Below are positions 1 to 10,585 of a stretch of DNA of 64,000 nt, piece after piece. The first letter of the stretch is position 1. Each line of letters begins with the position of its first letter. The stretch is from Salisapilia sapeloensis CBS 127946 (lineage: Eukaryota; Protista; Oomycota). The DNA is taken from the NCBI GenBank assembly GCA_023334545.1, contig JAADVB010000024.1, forward strand, positions 59,626 to 123,625, given 5' to 3'. The notes under the pieces were generated by a model. The model had not been told where the DNA came from and ran no database searches. It was given only the letters and a program-made list of their open reading frames with translations. The translations under genes were made by a program, and so were the position numbers.

Positions 1-3000
1 AATAAGAACCACTTTTCAACTGTCGAAGCAAATTTCTCACCACATTCAGCCTTATCGACACCATTTTCAGACGTAGCCAACGCATTATACAAGTTACACA
101 GCGATCGCACGCTATTAAAGACTGTGACTGGCACAAGTTCCGTCGCTTCCATCAATTTACACTTGACGATGCGTTCCATGTACTTTTCAAACAACGTCTG
201 AAGGATCTCACGCTCCTCTGCGTCTGTAATTTTAGTCGTTAACCAGGTTTTAACGAATGGATTCCAGCCTAGATCATCCACATCCATGTACACCATACCA
301 GCACGACTGACTGTCGCAGGAGACGCAACAGCCAAGTCCTGTACTTCAAATAATAGTGCCATCGAGTTACTCATACTAATACGATCGCCGTTGATAAGCG
401 TCAAGACTTTATTGTCATCCATGACACTATTCATGCTTTCGATCCAAAGCGTATCGACCGGTCCATCAAGCATAATCCATTTTTCATCCGGCTTTTCATC
501 TGCTGCTAGAGATCGAAAGATAGACGATAGAATACCGTCAATCCATTCAAACGTCGAGAGGTCGTAGACACCGTAGATTTCGTTTAGTGAAATGGACTTT
601 GGATTCAGCACTTGGACTCTCACTGGGTTATACCCTTGCTCTCCTTCCTTTGCCAACGTCGTCTTAGCATTCTGCAACGTTCTCCAGACGGTCGATTTAC
701 CAGCTAATGTTTGACCTACAAGCATATTGCAATGCCTCGTCACGAGCGACTCGTATAACTGAATCGTCTTGAAGACAATGACAGGATGTACTTGGAGTTC
801 TTGTACTTGCAATTCCTTTTCAATTGTGCCTTGGAGGTTACCATAGTCTGTCACTGGTAACTCAACCGACGGGAACAAGTCACCTAGTAGCAGTCGGAAT
901 AACGCTGCGTCTTCACGTATAAACTTTGGCATGTTCATGTCACGAAGAGCTCGGAGGAGGATAAACTCTTCCTGTAGATTAGGATCTTCACGTTTTAAAG
1001 ATCCAGCCATATTCAGTACTGCCTTGAGACTACGTAGACCGAAATCATAGTGATCTTGCTTGCTTAGTTGTTGGATCATCAGACCATACAACGTCGTCGT
1101 TTTCTTGGCCAAGATCTTGGCTTCTCGGAAACCTTCTGCTTGCAGCATGACTTCGGCAATGAGCGCGAGGTCTGGTACCATCATAGCGCATGGACGCATC
1201 AACGCCTTGAGATTATCAGGAAGCTCCGTACGACCAGCGTATCCTGGATTCATGGTAATGAAGATACCCATGTTATGATTACACTTGATCATTGAACCGA
1301 GGAACATGAGTTCCGACTGCTTTGTTGTGAGTGCCTGCATGATCGTCAACACTTGTTGCGCTACGACTGAAAGAACTTCAATTTCAATTCGATTGAACTC
1401 ATCGAAGCAACCCCAGCCACCAGACTGGACGAGTCCGGAGAACATTCGACCGACAGATTTGTAATCTAGACCGTCACTACAGTTGAATACGATGACGTAC
1501 TTGGCTAAGTTCTTCCCTAGATCTTTCACAGTCTCCGTCTTACCTGTACCTGCTGGACCGAGAGGATTGCCACCTCTATTCAGATGCAGAGCTGTCGTCA
1601 TGGTCAGGACACAACGATCTGTCAAGGGTGTAATGACAAGTCTCCCGTTATTCCCTTGGTACTCGTAAGAGTACTGGAGAGACGTGACGGTCTGTTTGAC
1701 TTCACAAATACCAACGTCTCCAATATCCTTGTTAAAGTAGAATCGAAGCTGCATGAGCCAGTCAAAGTCATTTATGCTCTTACAGTTCTGCTTCACCAAA
1801 CGGTCAATAACGTCTCGAGAATGGATCTCGATCGTAATGAGAGCAACCACTTTCTTACGTTCAATCGGTGTCAACTGTCCACGTACCATGTCTGCCAATT
1901 TGTTCAAGTAAGACACCCACTTTTTCTTTAGTTGACGAAGAGCTTTTTTTTCGCCTTTACTAACTTCATTTAGACTCTTGATACATTCATTCGTCCAAGC
2001 CGTTTGACCACAACTGATCAATAATTGCCCTGGGAAATCTTTTATCCATTTCTCCTTCTTACCCTTATACCCAGCGAGACATTGAACGTAGATTTTCTCC
2101 AATGTTGCGACCATTGCAGACTCAATCTTTAGCAGCCATCCTTCGACTGCACCTGACACGATGACGTTTGAAGCAAAAGGAACTTGCTCTCCACATGGTG
2201 AATGCATACCAAGTGCTTCGAACGTCGCATTGCCTTTAGTGTTAGGTGGAAGCAACTGAAGTGATTTAATCGCTTCAAAACATTTTTTAATATGTTTCTG
2301 CACTTGGTCTGGATCCTTTTGATGTCCGAGGATCTCAAGCAAGTCATCATTTGATAGGAAATAGAAACGTGGGAAGAGCATACGCTTCGTTTCTAAATAC
2401 TGATCCAAACACTTTTGGATTTCATCCAACTTCTCCTGCATCTCGTACAACGTTTCAAGCGTACCTTCCGCTTGTGTCGCACTCAGTGCATTCTTTGTTT
2501 TCGCCATTTGCTCCGTTACTCGACAGTATGAGCTATTAACTTCATCAAAGAGCTGACTTTCTCGTGGAAGTTGCTTTCGAATATCTTCTGACGCCATGAA
2601 TATACTTTCTAGATAAATCCAACAACGCTGGACACTTAGTAACGTTTCAATCACTTCTGACATGTGTGCCAACGTCTTCTCCCAATACAAAATCCGAGTA
2701 TCGAAGGAAGCAAAGAACGGAGATGCTTTCATCGTCGAAAGCTGCACTTGATCATCTTCCAACGCCGTGAAAAGGTCATCGACGGATCGAATCTTGTAGT
2801 ACACACCTTTGTACTCGCCAATATCAATATCCACGATAGCCCATCGCTTGTCAATCCCATCTAACGTATGCTCAATCGAAAGCTCTTTACCAGCGTTACC
2901 GGATAAGGCACTAATAAAGTCTGCATGCTGGTGGAAACCAAGCAAGAAGACACGTTCCAAGGTAAAGTCCGCTGCCTCTGGATCAAACTCCTTTTCCATT

Positions 3001-6000
3001 TCTGTCTGTAGTTGCATCCAGTGTCGAGCCCTCAACGCTGGACTTTTCAAATCCTGAATCAAGGGCAATGTCTGTCGAAACTGTTCGATCTTCGTCTTCA
3101 TGTTTCCCCACACAGCCCATTCTTTCATATCCTTTCCGAACTTGACCACTTTCTTGAAGAATTGAGCAGCAGTCGTCTCCATGGCATCTACCTCCAGTTC
3201 ATGGAAAACTTTGAACTTCCATCCTTGCCACACAACGTCCCATTCGTCCTGTAACGTCCATATCTGCCGAAGTTGCTCCACCTCTCGTTCCGTCTGGACA
3301 AAGCCTTCATTCTCCGTCTCTTCGATGCTAAAGATTTCCAATCCCTTTCGCAACTGAGCCTGATGTTCACGAGTAACCTCCATCTTCTTCTCAAAGTCAG
3401 ACAGGATGGTATGAGCTGTGCTAGACGATTGCTCGCCAGAGTACGGCAACGTCGCCTGTGCCTCTAAGCGAAGCTCGGACATCTTCTTACTAAGCTCAGC
3501 TACGGACTCCTGCAGGCTTTGCTTCATACTGAGCTTACACTTTTGCAACATCGTGTTCGCTTCTGTTAGCACACCTTCAAAGACTTCCCAATTCGGTCGT
3601 AAAGCTGCCAAATCATTCTGTTCTTCTTCTGTGATCGGAACATCAAACTCTGCTAGTAGATCATACTTTTGCTGCAAAGGTTCAAAGCGAGCAAGGATGG
3701 TAGGTGTGCTGTCTCTAATATCTTGCAATAGACGTATGCTATCGCCTAAGTGATCCAAGTTGAGTGGTCGAACTTGCAGCTTCTCCGCGTTCATAGTCAT
3801 CATCGATGTGAGCTCATGCAGTTCATCGTGTGCTGTTTGATTCAGTAGACCTGTAAGCTTACCAATCCACTGGACTGTATGTTCTACGAGACTCGATTTG
3901 AGGAAATTGGTGTCGATCTGGATGAAGTTGATCGTATTCGTCGAGTCTTCGTTCTGGATATTCGTCTGCTGCTCTCGATAGCGTTCAATATCTCCTCTAA
4001 ACTGCTGTAAAGGTCGATTCGCCTTGGCATATCGACGAATGAACGCTTGTTTATCTTGATTCCATAATAGCTTGTACTTGTCCCAGTACCCAAGGTACTT
4101 CTGTAGCTCTGTCGCACTGGACGACATGCCATTCATAATGTGCACAAGCACCTTGAGGATCTCTTCGTCATTAAAAATGGAATTATAAAAGCTATTCTGA
4201 TTCGCTTGCTGGTTGTCCGACGGTTTACTCTCCATTTTCTCACTTTTACTTTCAGCTTCTACCATCTTTTCTTCAGTTTTAGCTTCAGGCACCCCGTCGT
4301 CACGCTCTCCCTTCTCACCTTCCTCTAGATTGTCAGCTTTCTCCTGATTCGACGTAGTAGCTGCATCCATTGGATTAGTACCAGCTCGCTTATGCTTAAA
4401 CGAAGTGACGAGTCGAGGGATAACAGAGATGACTTGGAAGATTTCCTTTGCGACCGAGTTCACCATCTGCGTCAAGTCGACCATGAGAGGTTTAAAGTCG
4501 ACTTTACTCTCCTCCAACACGACGTGTACTCGGAAGAGAGGTCTAGGATCTGTCTTTGCATCTCCATTAATCGCTTTCGATAGCTCCTGGAGAGACCTTT
4601 TGACTGATTGACGTAACGAATCTTCTAGCATCTTATCAAACTTTTCTACAAAACGCTTCCATTCGCGCTGGACTTCAGATGGACCAGAAGAAAAGTTCTC
4701 ATACGTCGCTTGCATTGTTGAGTGAATCTTTGAATAGGCGTCCCGTAGCTTCTTGTCTACGTCTCGACGATGCACCTCTTGCTTCGCTTCAAAGACACCT
4801 TCGTCATACACTGTATTACGCTCAATGTAGATAAGCATGAGCTTGGAAATCATCTTGCAGCACTTGATAATCGTCTGCTTATTTGCTTGGAACTCTTGAA
4901 CGACCTTGTACGTGGTTTCACAGTGCTTCCGACAGTCTGCGACATACCACTCGACAACACCTTTCGAAGCCCACGTCAACTTCTGTAGACCAGGCTGAAT
5001 ACGTCGATCGAGCTTCCGAATGATATCTTCAAACAACCTGCGTTCATTCGAACTAAGTTCTAGGACGATGCGATTGTAGTCACGAACGACAAGCGTCACG
5101 TGTTCACGAAGCACACGCAATGCTTCCTGTTGATTGCAAATATCATGTGCAAGATATGGGATCTGGAACTCTCCATTAAACTGCTGCCAATGATGCACTT
5201 CGGAAAAAAGACTCATGAGTGGTCGATCAAAGTTACAATGTAAGAAACCTTTCTTCGCTCGTCCGATGATTGTCTTCTCTGTATTCTGCAAAACGTTTTG
5301 ATCTTTCCCACCATTATGAGCATTTAAATTGATCGCACCAGTCGGCTTTGCACCACTACTTTCTTGATTATTACTGGCGATCGATCCAGTGACAATGTCC
5401 GAAGATGCTACCGTCTTGGTCATCAGTGGGTTCTCGAGTCTGGAGCTTAGATTCGAACAACCGAGATCATTTAAATCTTCAATCCAGTCATGGTACTTGC
5501 GCTGGATGAACTCGTTCACGACAAGACGTACACTGTCATAGTACTCTTGACACTCCTCTTGCTCAGCAACGTTCGATGCGTCACAAATGTCTTTTAAACG
5601 TATCATCTCTTCTGCGACGTTAAACAAAAGTCCTCGTGCCCATAATGCTGCCCCAGAGAACTGAGGCTCCATGCTCGATAGTGGAGGTGCACTCTTGTTC
5701 TTTTCAAACTGTGTACGCATCGTCGCCACGAACGTCTTGAACATGCCAAAGACGTCAATCGCACGCTTTTCAACACAACGTTTAATAGCTTTACGATGTG
5801 CTATCTGTCTAAACGCAAGTACAAGATCGACTCCAAACGATACAGTAGATGCAGTCTCGAACGCACCGTTGATCACGTTCTGCGTCATGGCTTCGAGGTC
5901 TTTCATGCCGTTCTTAAACACGCTAAAGTCGCCATGCCAACTAGTGATCTTGACGTCCAGGAGATCGTACTCGAGCTTTCGAAGTCGATCCACATGACCT

Positions 6001-7364
6001 TCGAACTGAGCTTCAATGCCTCGCAAGATCTTCACAATCTCCGGTCCACGATGCCCACCAAAGACAGGCAAAGGCATCTGCTTGCCTTCCTTTCCTTTCC
6101 GTGCAAACTGGATCTGTCCTTCACATACTTCTAGGAACTCTCGACAGCGTTGTACGAACGCATCGATCTGAGCAAAGATACCGGTCTCTTCAAACTGCCA
6201 TTTCCGATTAGACGATGCGTCTGTATTAACTGCCGCTACGGCTTGACGATAACACTGTTTCCATAACGTCCCGCACTCGATACTTTGCTCCAAGTGATTA
6301 ATCTCGGCTTCGACATTTCCGTCAAAGATATTCTCGAGCGATATACGATAACGGCAGGCATGTATGATCTCATTGCTTACTTTACGTAGCAAGCCAGTGA
6401 TGCGTTCTTCCGTGTTATAATGCTGCGAGTACGTCCATATGAGTCGAATATAGTTCAAGAGTTTGGGTAACAAGGTTGGTATGATCTTCGGATCTGCTCG
6501 AGACAGATCTTCACAGGCAGGACTGAGTTTCTGAAGGAAACGCAGATTGTCATGCGCTTCTGATGATCCTTGTTTCACGATTTGAGACAGCGTTTCGAAT
6601 GGTTGGAGGTAGGAAGATTTAGCCGTTCGTAAGATCTCGATGATTTCCAATACACCGGTACGATTCAATTGGTCTGTGATACCAGATAGATCTTGCGTTC
6701 GGAGTTCCCAGAACTTGATCTCTTCCAATGGACCAGCATCTTCTTCATCATGCGCATTATCTTGACTGTTCAAGACTTCCTTGATCTGACGCGTCCAATG
6801 GATGACAGTGGACTCTAGCTGCTGCAGTAGATCCTTGTCTCGGTAGTTGAAGTGTGTGGCATCTACTGGAGGCAAGTACAAGACCGTTTTGCCTCGACTA
6901 CGACTCACCGTCTCCGTCAGACTAGACATGAACCGGTAAAATTGACCCATGAATTCCTTCTGGACACTGTCTGGCCAAGCTGTGTTGGCACGAACACGTT
7001 GCAAGTAGTTGCCATTCATCACGAGTAACAAGGATGCGATGGCATCCTGTCCGATCGAACCGAACTGCACGCGTTGGTGAATGTTGTCCGATGTCAATTC
7101 AACCGTGTCGTTCTTGACAAAGTACATGAGTTCTTGATACTCATGGCGAGGTGCGGTGGTTGTCACGAGAAGAGCAGATGGGGTCTTTACATCTTTCTCA
7201 TCCAGTAACTTGACAATGAAAAGTGTTGGAATCGCTGGTGTCTCGATAAATTCTTTCGTAGTTGCTAACTGAGCTGCAGACCATGGCTCTTGAGACTTGG
7301 TGGAGATGGATATACGATCTTGTATCCATTGCACGAGGCCCTCGACATCTTCGAAAGACGTCAT
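1..7364 (-). CDS. DNAH2: Axonemal dynein heavy chain, inner-arm I1/f beta (DNAH2-like); 3' part runs off the window
   Basis: Manual translation of the minus strand. AAA1 region near 1400-1570 reads GNPLGPAGTGKTETVKDLGKNLAKYVIVFNCSDGLDYKSVGRMFSGLVQSGGWGCFDEFNRIEIEVLSVVAQQ. N-terminal tail reads LQQLESTVIHWTRQIKEVL...GPLEEIKFW. First in-frame ATG is at 7364 (MTSFEDVEG); an upstream exon is not excluded. Not in the ORF track because there is no stop inside the window. Not every codon was checked. Confidence 0.9.
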   Translation of the reverse strand, partial: MTSFEDVEGLVQWIQDRISISTKSQEPWSAAQLATTKEFIETPAIPTLFIVKLLDEKDVKTPSALLVTTTAPRHEYQELMYFVKNDTVELTSDNIHQRVQFGSIGQDAIASLLLVMNGNYLQRVRANTAWPDSVQKEFMGQFYRFMSSLTETVSRSRGKTVLYLPPVDATHFNYRDKDLLQQLESTVIHWTRQIKEVLNSQDNAHDEEDAGPLEEIKFWELRTQDLSGITDQLNRTGVLEIIEILRTAKSSYLQPFETLSQIVKQGSSEAHDNLRFLQKLSPACEDLSRADPKIIPTLLPKLLNYIRLIWTYSQHYNTEERITGLLRKVSNEIIHACRYRISLENIFDGNVEAEINHLEQSIECGTLWKQCYRQAVAAVNTDASSNRKWQFEETGIFAQIDAFVQRCREFLEVCEGQIQFARKGKEGKQMPLPVFGGHRGPEIVKILRGIEAQFEGHVDRLRKLEYDLLDVKITSWHGDFSVFKNGMKDLEAMTQNVINGAFETASTVSFGVDLVLAFRQIAHRKAIKRCVEKRAIDVFGMFKTFVATMRTQFEKNKSAPPLSSMEPQFSGAALWARGLLFNVAEEMIRLKDICDASNVAEQEECQEYYDSVRLVVNEFIQRKYHDWIEDLNDLGCSNLSSRLENPLMTKTVASSDIVTGSIASNNQESSGAKPTGAINLNAHNGGKDQNVLQNTEKTIIGRAKKGFLHCNFDRPLMSLFSEVHHWQQFNGEFQIPYLAHDICNQQEALRVLREHVTLVVRDYNRIVLELSSNERRLFEDIIRKLDRRIQPGLQKLTWASKGVVEWYVADCRKHCETTYKVVQEFQANKQTIIKCCKMISKLMLIYIERNTVYDEGVFEAKQEVHRRDVDKKLRDAYSKIHSTMQATYENFSSGPSEVQREWKRFVEKFDKMLEDSLRQSVKRSLQELSKAINGDAKTDPRPLFRVHVVLEESKVDFKPLMVDLTQMVNSVAKEIFQVISVIPRLVTSFKHKRAGTNPMDAATTSNQEKADNLEEGEKGERDDGVPEAKTEEKMVEAESKSEKMESKPSDNQQANQNSFYNSIFNDEEILKVLVHIMNGMSSSATELQKYLGYWDKYKLLWNQDKQAFIRRYAKANRPLQQFRGDIERYREQQTNIQNEDSTNTINFIQIDTNFLKSSLVEHTVQWIGKLTGLLNQTAHDELHELTSMMTMNAEKLQVRPLNLDHLGDSIRLLQDIRDSTPTILARFEPLQQKYDLLAEFDVPITEEEQNDLAALRPNWEVFEGVLTEANTMLQKCKLSMKQSLQESVAELSKKMSELRLEAQATLPYSGEQSSSTAHTILSDFEKKMEVTREHQAQLRKGLEIFSIEETENEGFVQTEREVEQLRQIWTLQDEWDVVWQGWKFKVFHELEVDAMETTAAQFFKKVVKFGKDMKEWAVWGNMKTKIEQFRQTLPLIQDLKSPALRARHWMQLQTEMEKEFDPEAADFTLERVFLLGFHQHADFISALSGNAGKELSIEHTLDGIDKRWAIVDIDIGEYKGVYYKIRSVDDLFTALEDDQVQLSTMKASPFFASFDTRILYWEKTLAHMSEVIETLLSVQRCWIYLESIFMASEDIRKQLPRESQLFDEVNSSYCRVTEQMAKTKNALSATQAEGTLETLYEMQEKLDEIQKCLDQYLETKRMLFPRFYFLSNDDLLEILGHQKDPDQVQKHIKKCFEAIKSLQLLPPNTKGNATFEALGMHSPCGEQVPFASNVIVSGAVEGWLLKIESAMVATLEKIYVQCLAGYKGKKEKWIKDFPGQLLISCGQTAWTNECIKSLNEVSKGEKKALRQLKKKWVSYLNKLADMVRGQLTPIERKKVVALITIEIHSRDVIDRLVKQNCKSINDFDWLMQLRFYFNKDIGDVGICEVKQTVTSLQYSYEYQGNNGRLVITPLTDRCVLTMTTALHLNRGGNPLGPAGTGKTETVKDLGKNLAKYVIVFNCSDGLDYKSVGRMFSGLVQSGGWGCFDEFNRIEIEVLSVVAQQVLTIMQALTTKQSELMFLGSMIKCNHNMGIFITMNPGYAGRTELPDNLKALMRPCAMMVPDLALIAEVMLQAEGFREAKILAKKTTTLYGLMIQQLSKQDHYDFGLRSLKAVLNMAGSLKREDPNLQEEFILLRALRDMNMPKFIREDAALFRLLLGDLFPSVELPVTDYGNLQGTIEKELQVQELQVHPVIVFKTIQLYESLVTRHCNMLVGQTLAGKSTVWRTLQNAKTTLAKEGEQGYNPVRVQVLNPKSISLNEIYGVYDLSTFEWIDGILSSIFRSLAADEKPDEKWIMLDGPVDTLWIESMNSVMDDNKVLTLINGDRISMSNSMALLFEVQDLAVASPATVSRAGMVYMDVDDLGWNPFVKTWLTTKITDAEEREILQTLFEKYMERIVKCKLMEATELVPVTVFNSVRSLCNLYNALATSENGVDKAECGEKFASTVEKWFL

Positions 7365-8153
7365 ACTCGAGTCAGCAGTCACTGTCTGGCTAGTGTCACT
7401 GTCAACTGGAGTACTACTTCTAATGGAAGTATGCCAATGAACAGAACGAAAAGACACTTGGGATCGAGTACAATGTGAAGAGCCACGCGATCTTTAGCGA
7501 TTGAAGAATGAATAAAAAGCGATGGGAAGATGTCGTTTCGACCTGTCGTTTCAACCGACTTTTAGTCGCAGTAGCAAACCAAGATGTCTGCATACAGCAT
7601 CTATACACTAGTGCTGTCGGTATAGCTCTTCGTATAGCACTAAGTAGAATGACAAAGCAGAGCATCATTGCCATGCAGTGGTTATGAATGAAAGTAGGCT
7701 TTTCATCGTTTTTCATACCGTTAGACATAGGTATATACAGCAGATAGACGTCCATAGAATCTAAGCATGCCTGCAATACAAGATATCACGCTCGAAACGT
7801 ACTTGAATGCTATAGTTTAGATAGCAGCATTACTCGACGCATATGAGCTATCCGGTACGAGACTAAAACCGGTAAAGGATGAGATATCCTAACATTACCT
7901 GCATTAATACAAGACCAACATGGACAGTAACATCTTTATTACTATATAACATGTCCAAAGCTAAGACAAAAGATACAGATAAAATGGCCATAGGAGATAA
8001 ATCTGGGCAGTTTTTCGATCTCACGCTCGACTTAACTACTGTGCTCTCCTAATCGCATTCTTTCCACTGCACAAGTACGCGTGCGTTCACATCCATCAAT
8101 CTCTCCACCTTACTCATAAAGCCCTCTATACACAGGTGCTTGAAAGACCAGGA

Positions 8154-10229
8154 ATGACGAGCTCCAAAGTCCATAAAAAGCGTGAAGATGAACGTCATAT
8201 TGACGACTTGCGTGCATTCCAGCGCTCCAATCCGGCTAATAAACGATGCTTCAACTGCAATGAAATGGTATGCAACTAGACACTTTCAATAAGTCGATAT
8301 ACATGGTATATTAATTGTATTAACTGTAGATGCCACAATACATTTGCCTCGACTTTAATACATTCGTCTGTACATCCTGCAGCGGCATTCAGTACGTCCA
8401 TGTCCTCCATACCTATCCAAGACATATTTAACCCGTCTATCATAGTCGAGAATTTGCCCATCGTGTAAAGTCGATTTCCATGGCCAAATTCACCGATTCA
8501 GAAGTCAAGAACATGACGCAATTCGGTGGCAATGAGGTATACTGTCACTTCCTTCTTTCGATTCTAATTGAGCTTACAAGTACATTTCGATGGTGTTGTG
8601 TGCATGCAGGCAGCGAAGAAGTATTGGTTAGCAGAGTACGATTCGAGTTATCGACTACGTGGAGCTACTCCAGGCGAACGGACACGTAGCTTTATCCGCA
8701 ATACCTTCATAAACCGAAAGTCAGTCATCCTTCCTACCCTTCCCTACTTTTATTATAAGCTAACTGCTTTGTACCACTTGCAGGTGGGTATACGAGTCGC
8801 CTCGTGCATCTAAAAGTAAGTCTAGCGACGCACCGCCAGCGTCTAAACCACAGAAGCGAGAGGAGCAGAATCCCTTTGACGCCTTCAGCGATACGGAACC
8901 GAGTCCTCGGAAACCAAAGAAAGACAGCGGTAACTTTGCTTCCTTCGCCGATTTTTCCCATTTCGATGACACCTCCAAGTCATCGGATACGAATGCTACG
9001 GACGATTTCGCCGACTTTGCCGACTTTGGCTCGTCCAGTGTCAAGCAACGTGCAGCAGCGAAAGAAACGAGTGACGACGCATTCCATTTCCCATCACCGA
9101 AAGCACCCGAGTCCTCTTCGAATGACTTTATGGACTTTGCTCAACCGGCTGCATCAAATCCATTCGATGCCTTTGGCTCTTCTCCAGTCTCGAAGCAGTC
9201 CCAGAAGGATGACTTTGCCTCCTTTGATATGTTTGACCAAGCGCCATCCAATTCTTTTGATGCCTTCGCTCCGTCTCCTGCTAACAGCCAACAAGCGGAT
9301 CCGTTCTCCCAGCCACCACAACAGTCGGATCCGTTTGACCCGAGTGCGTCTTTCGGGTCGACTACGTCCGCACCAAAAGCCGAGACGGCTCCGAAAGCAG
9401 ACCCGTTCTCTGCATTTGATGACCTAGACAAGCCCGTGGATGCATTTACATCGCCTCCAGCGCCAGTAGAACAGACTTCTGGTAACACAGACCCGTTCAC
9501 TGGGATGTCTATGCCTGCGCCAGCCCTTCAGCAACCACAGCAAATGCAACAAGCAATGCAGCAACAGAATAGTGGACAGTCAGCACCAATGTATCCGCAA
9601 CAGAACATGTATGGGAACATGCAGTACGCACCACAGATGCAAATGTATTCTCCAATGCAAATGCAAATGCAAATGCCGACGCAGCAGCAATTTCAGATGA
9701 TGCCACCACAGATGCAACAGCAGTACATGATGCAGTTCCAAGCACAGCAGCAATACCAACAAGCCAATGCTGCACCCCAACAACCCCAACAACCGCCACA
9801 AGCTCCATCTCAACCAAAGGTATGTCCAATCCTATCGAATGGATAGACTACATGATCTCAACGTTGTGGTAGGAAACACAGGAAACGTCTCTACGTGACC
9901 CATTTGCGTCGCTAAGTATTGGGGACAGCTTTGGGTTGCCCAATTCAGGAAAGAATCAGCAGTCCAATGGTAACAACAATGCTGGACTTGGAGCTTCCAT
10001 GACATCGTAAGCTTACACGTTATCCATATACTCTCCCGTAAAGCTCATAACGACTCATTTATCTCGTAGGAATGGCAGTAGTAACCCGCCCAAGAATCAC
10101 ACGTATGACTCTTCATCTCCATCATTTCTACTCTTCTAATCACTATGCTCTAGGTCTGACAGCTTCATGTCAACTACTTCGAACAACAACAGTGCCACGA
10201 TGTCGACCAACCCATTCGACATGTTCTAA
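8154..10229 (+). CDS. ArfGAP-domain protein with NPF/DPF-rich tail (AGFG/HRB-like), multi-exon
   Basis: Spliced reading gives RCFNCNEMMPQYICLDFNTFVCTSCSGIHREFAHRVKSISMAKF, the ArfGAP CxxC-x16-CxxC zinc finger. First intron 8268-8329 is GT-AG. Large exon has many DPF, NPF and DDFxxF motifs and a Q/M/P-rich stretch; the protein ends NPFDMF*. Confidence 0.85.
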
Positions 10230-10317
10230 TGTAGAGCAAGTAATAGAAGTGCCTAAATAAAAGACACCACGTTCTAGCCATCTTGTCTACTTGTACGATA
10301 TACTTGCATGTGTGCAG

Positions 10318-10572
10318 GAACGAAAAAGCCCATTGGTGGCTTTATATCACAAAGTCGAGATTCCCCACCATAGCAGCATGCACGCATGAGGAGTGGCAGG
10401 GAAATGCCAACAGGACATAAAGCCGCCCGGACCGAAGAAAGCCTGTAGCGGCAATCAACCCAGTGACGGCATTCAAGAATACGACGACTGCATTTCTCTT
10501 CTTTACAGCTACCTATAAAAAGTCCCCGCGTAGTCGCGTCCTTGAATGTGATCGGATTCACCTTTCCCGTTC
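10318..10572 (-). ncRNA. Candidate structured RNA element downstream of the RPL9 stop (3' UTR element or independent ncRNA; family unrecognised)
   Basis: Hand-found nested helices: closing stem 10562-10572/10318-10328, long hairpin 10470-10548, hairpin 10422-10452, long hairpin 10338-10424. Non-Watson-Crick positions are G-U on the minus strand and A-C on the plus strand. Confidence 0.5.
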
Positions 10573-10585
10573 AAAGCATGAAGAC

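Noticed and set aside
286-6134. Many short plus-strand ORFs over the dynein gene
   Set aside because: Antisense shadows of the long minus-strand dynein frame.
7420-8030. Hydrophobic short ORFs upstream of the dynein gene
   Set aside because: No recognisable motif and no consistent splice model.
10320-10530. RNase MRP-like words: AAAAGTCCCCG (plus, near 10517) and ACCAATGGGCTT (minus, near 10337)
   Set aside because: The CR-I-like and CR-V-like words lie on opposite strands and cannot form P4 in one RNA.
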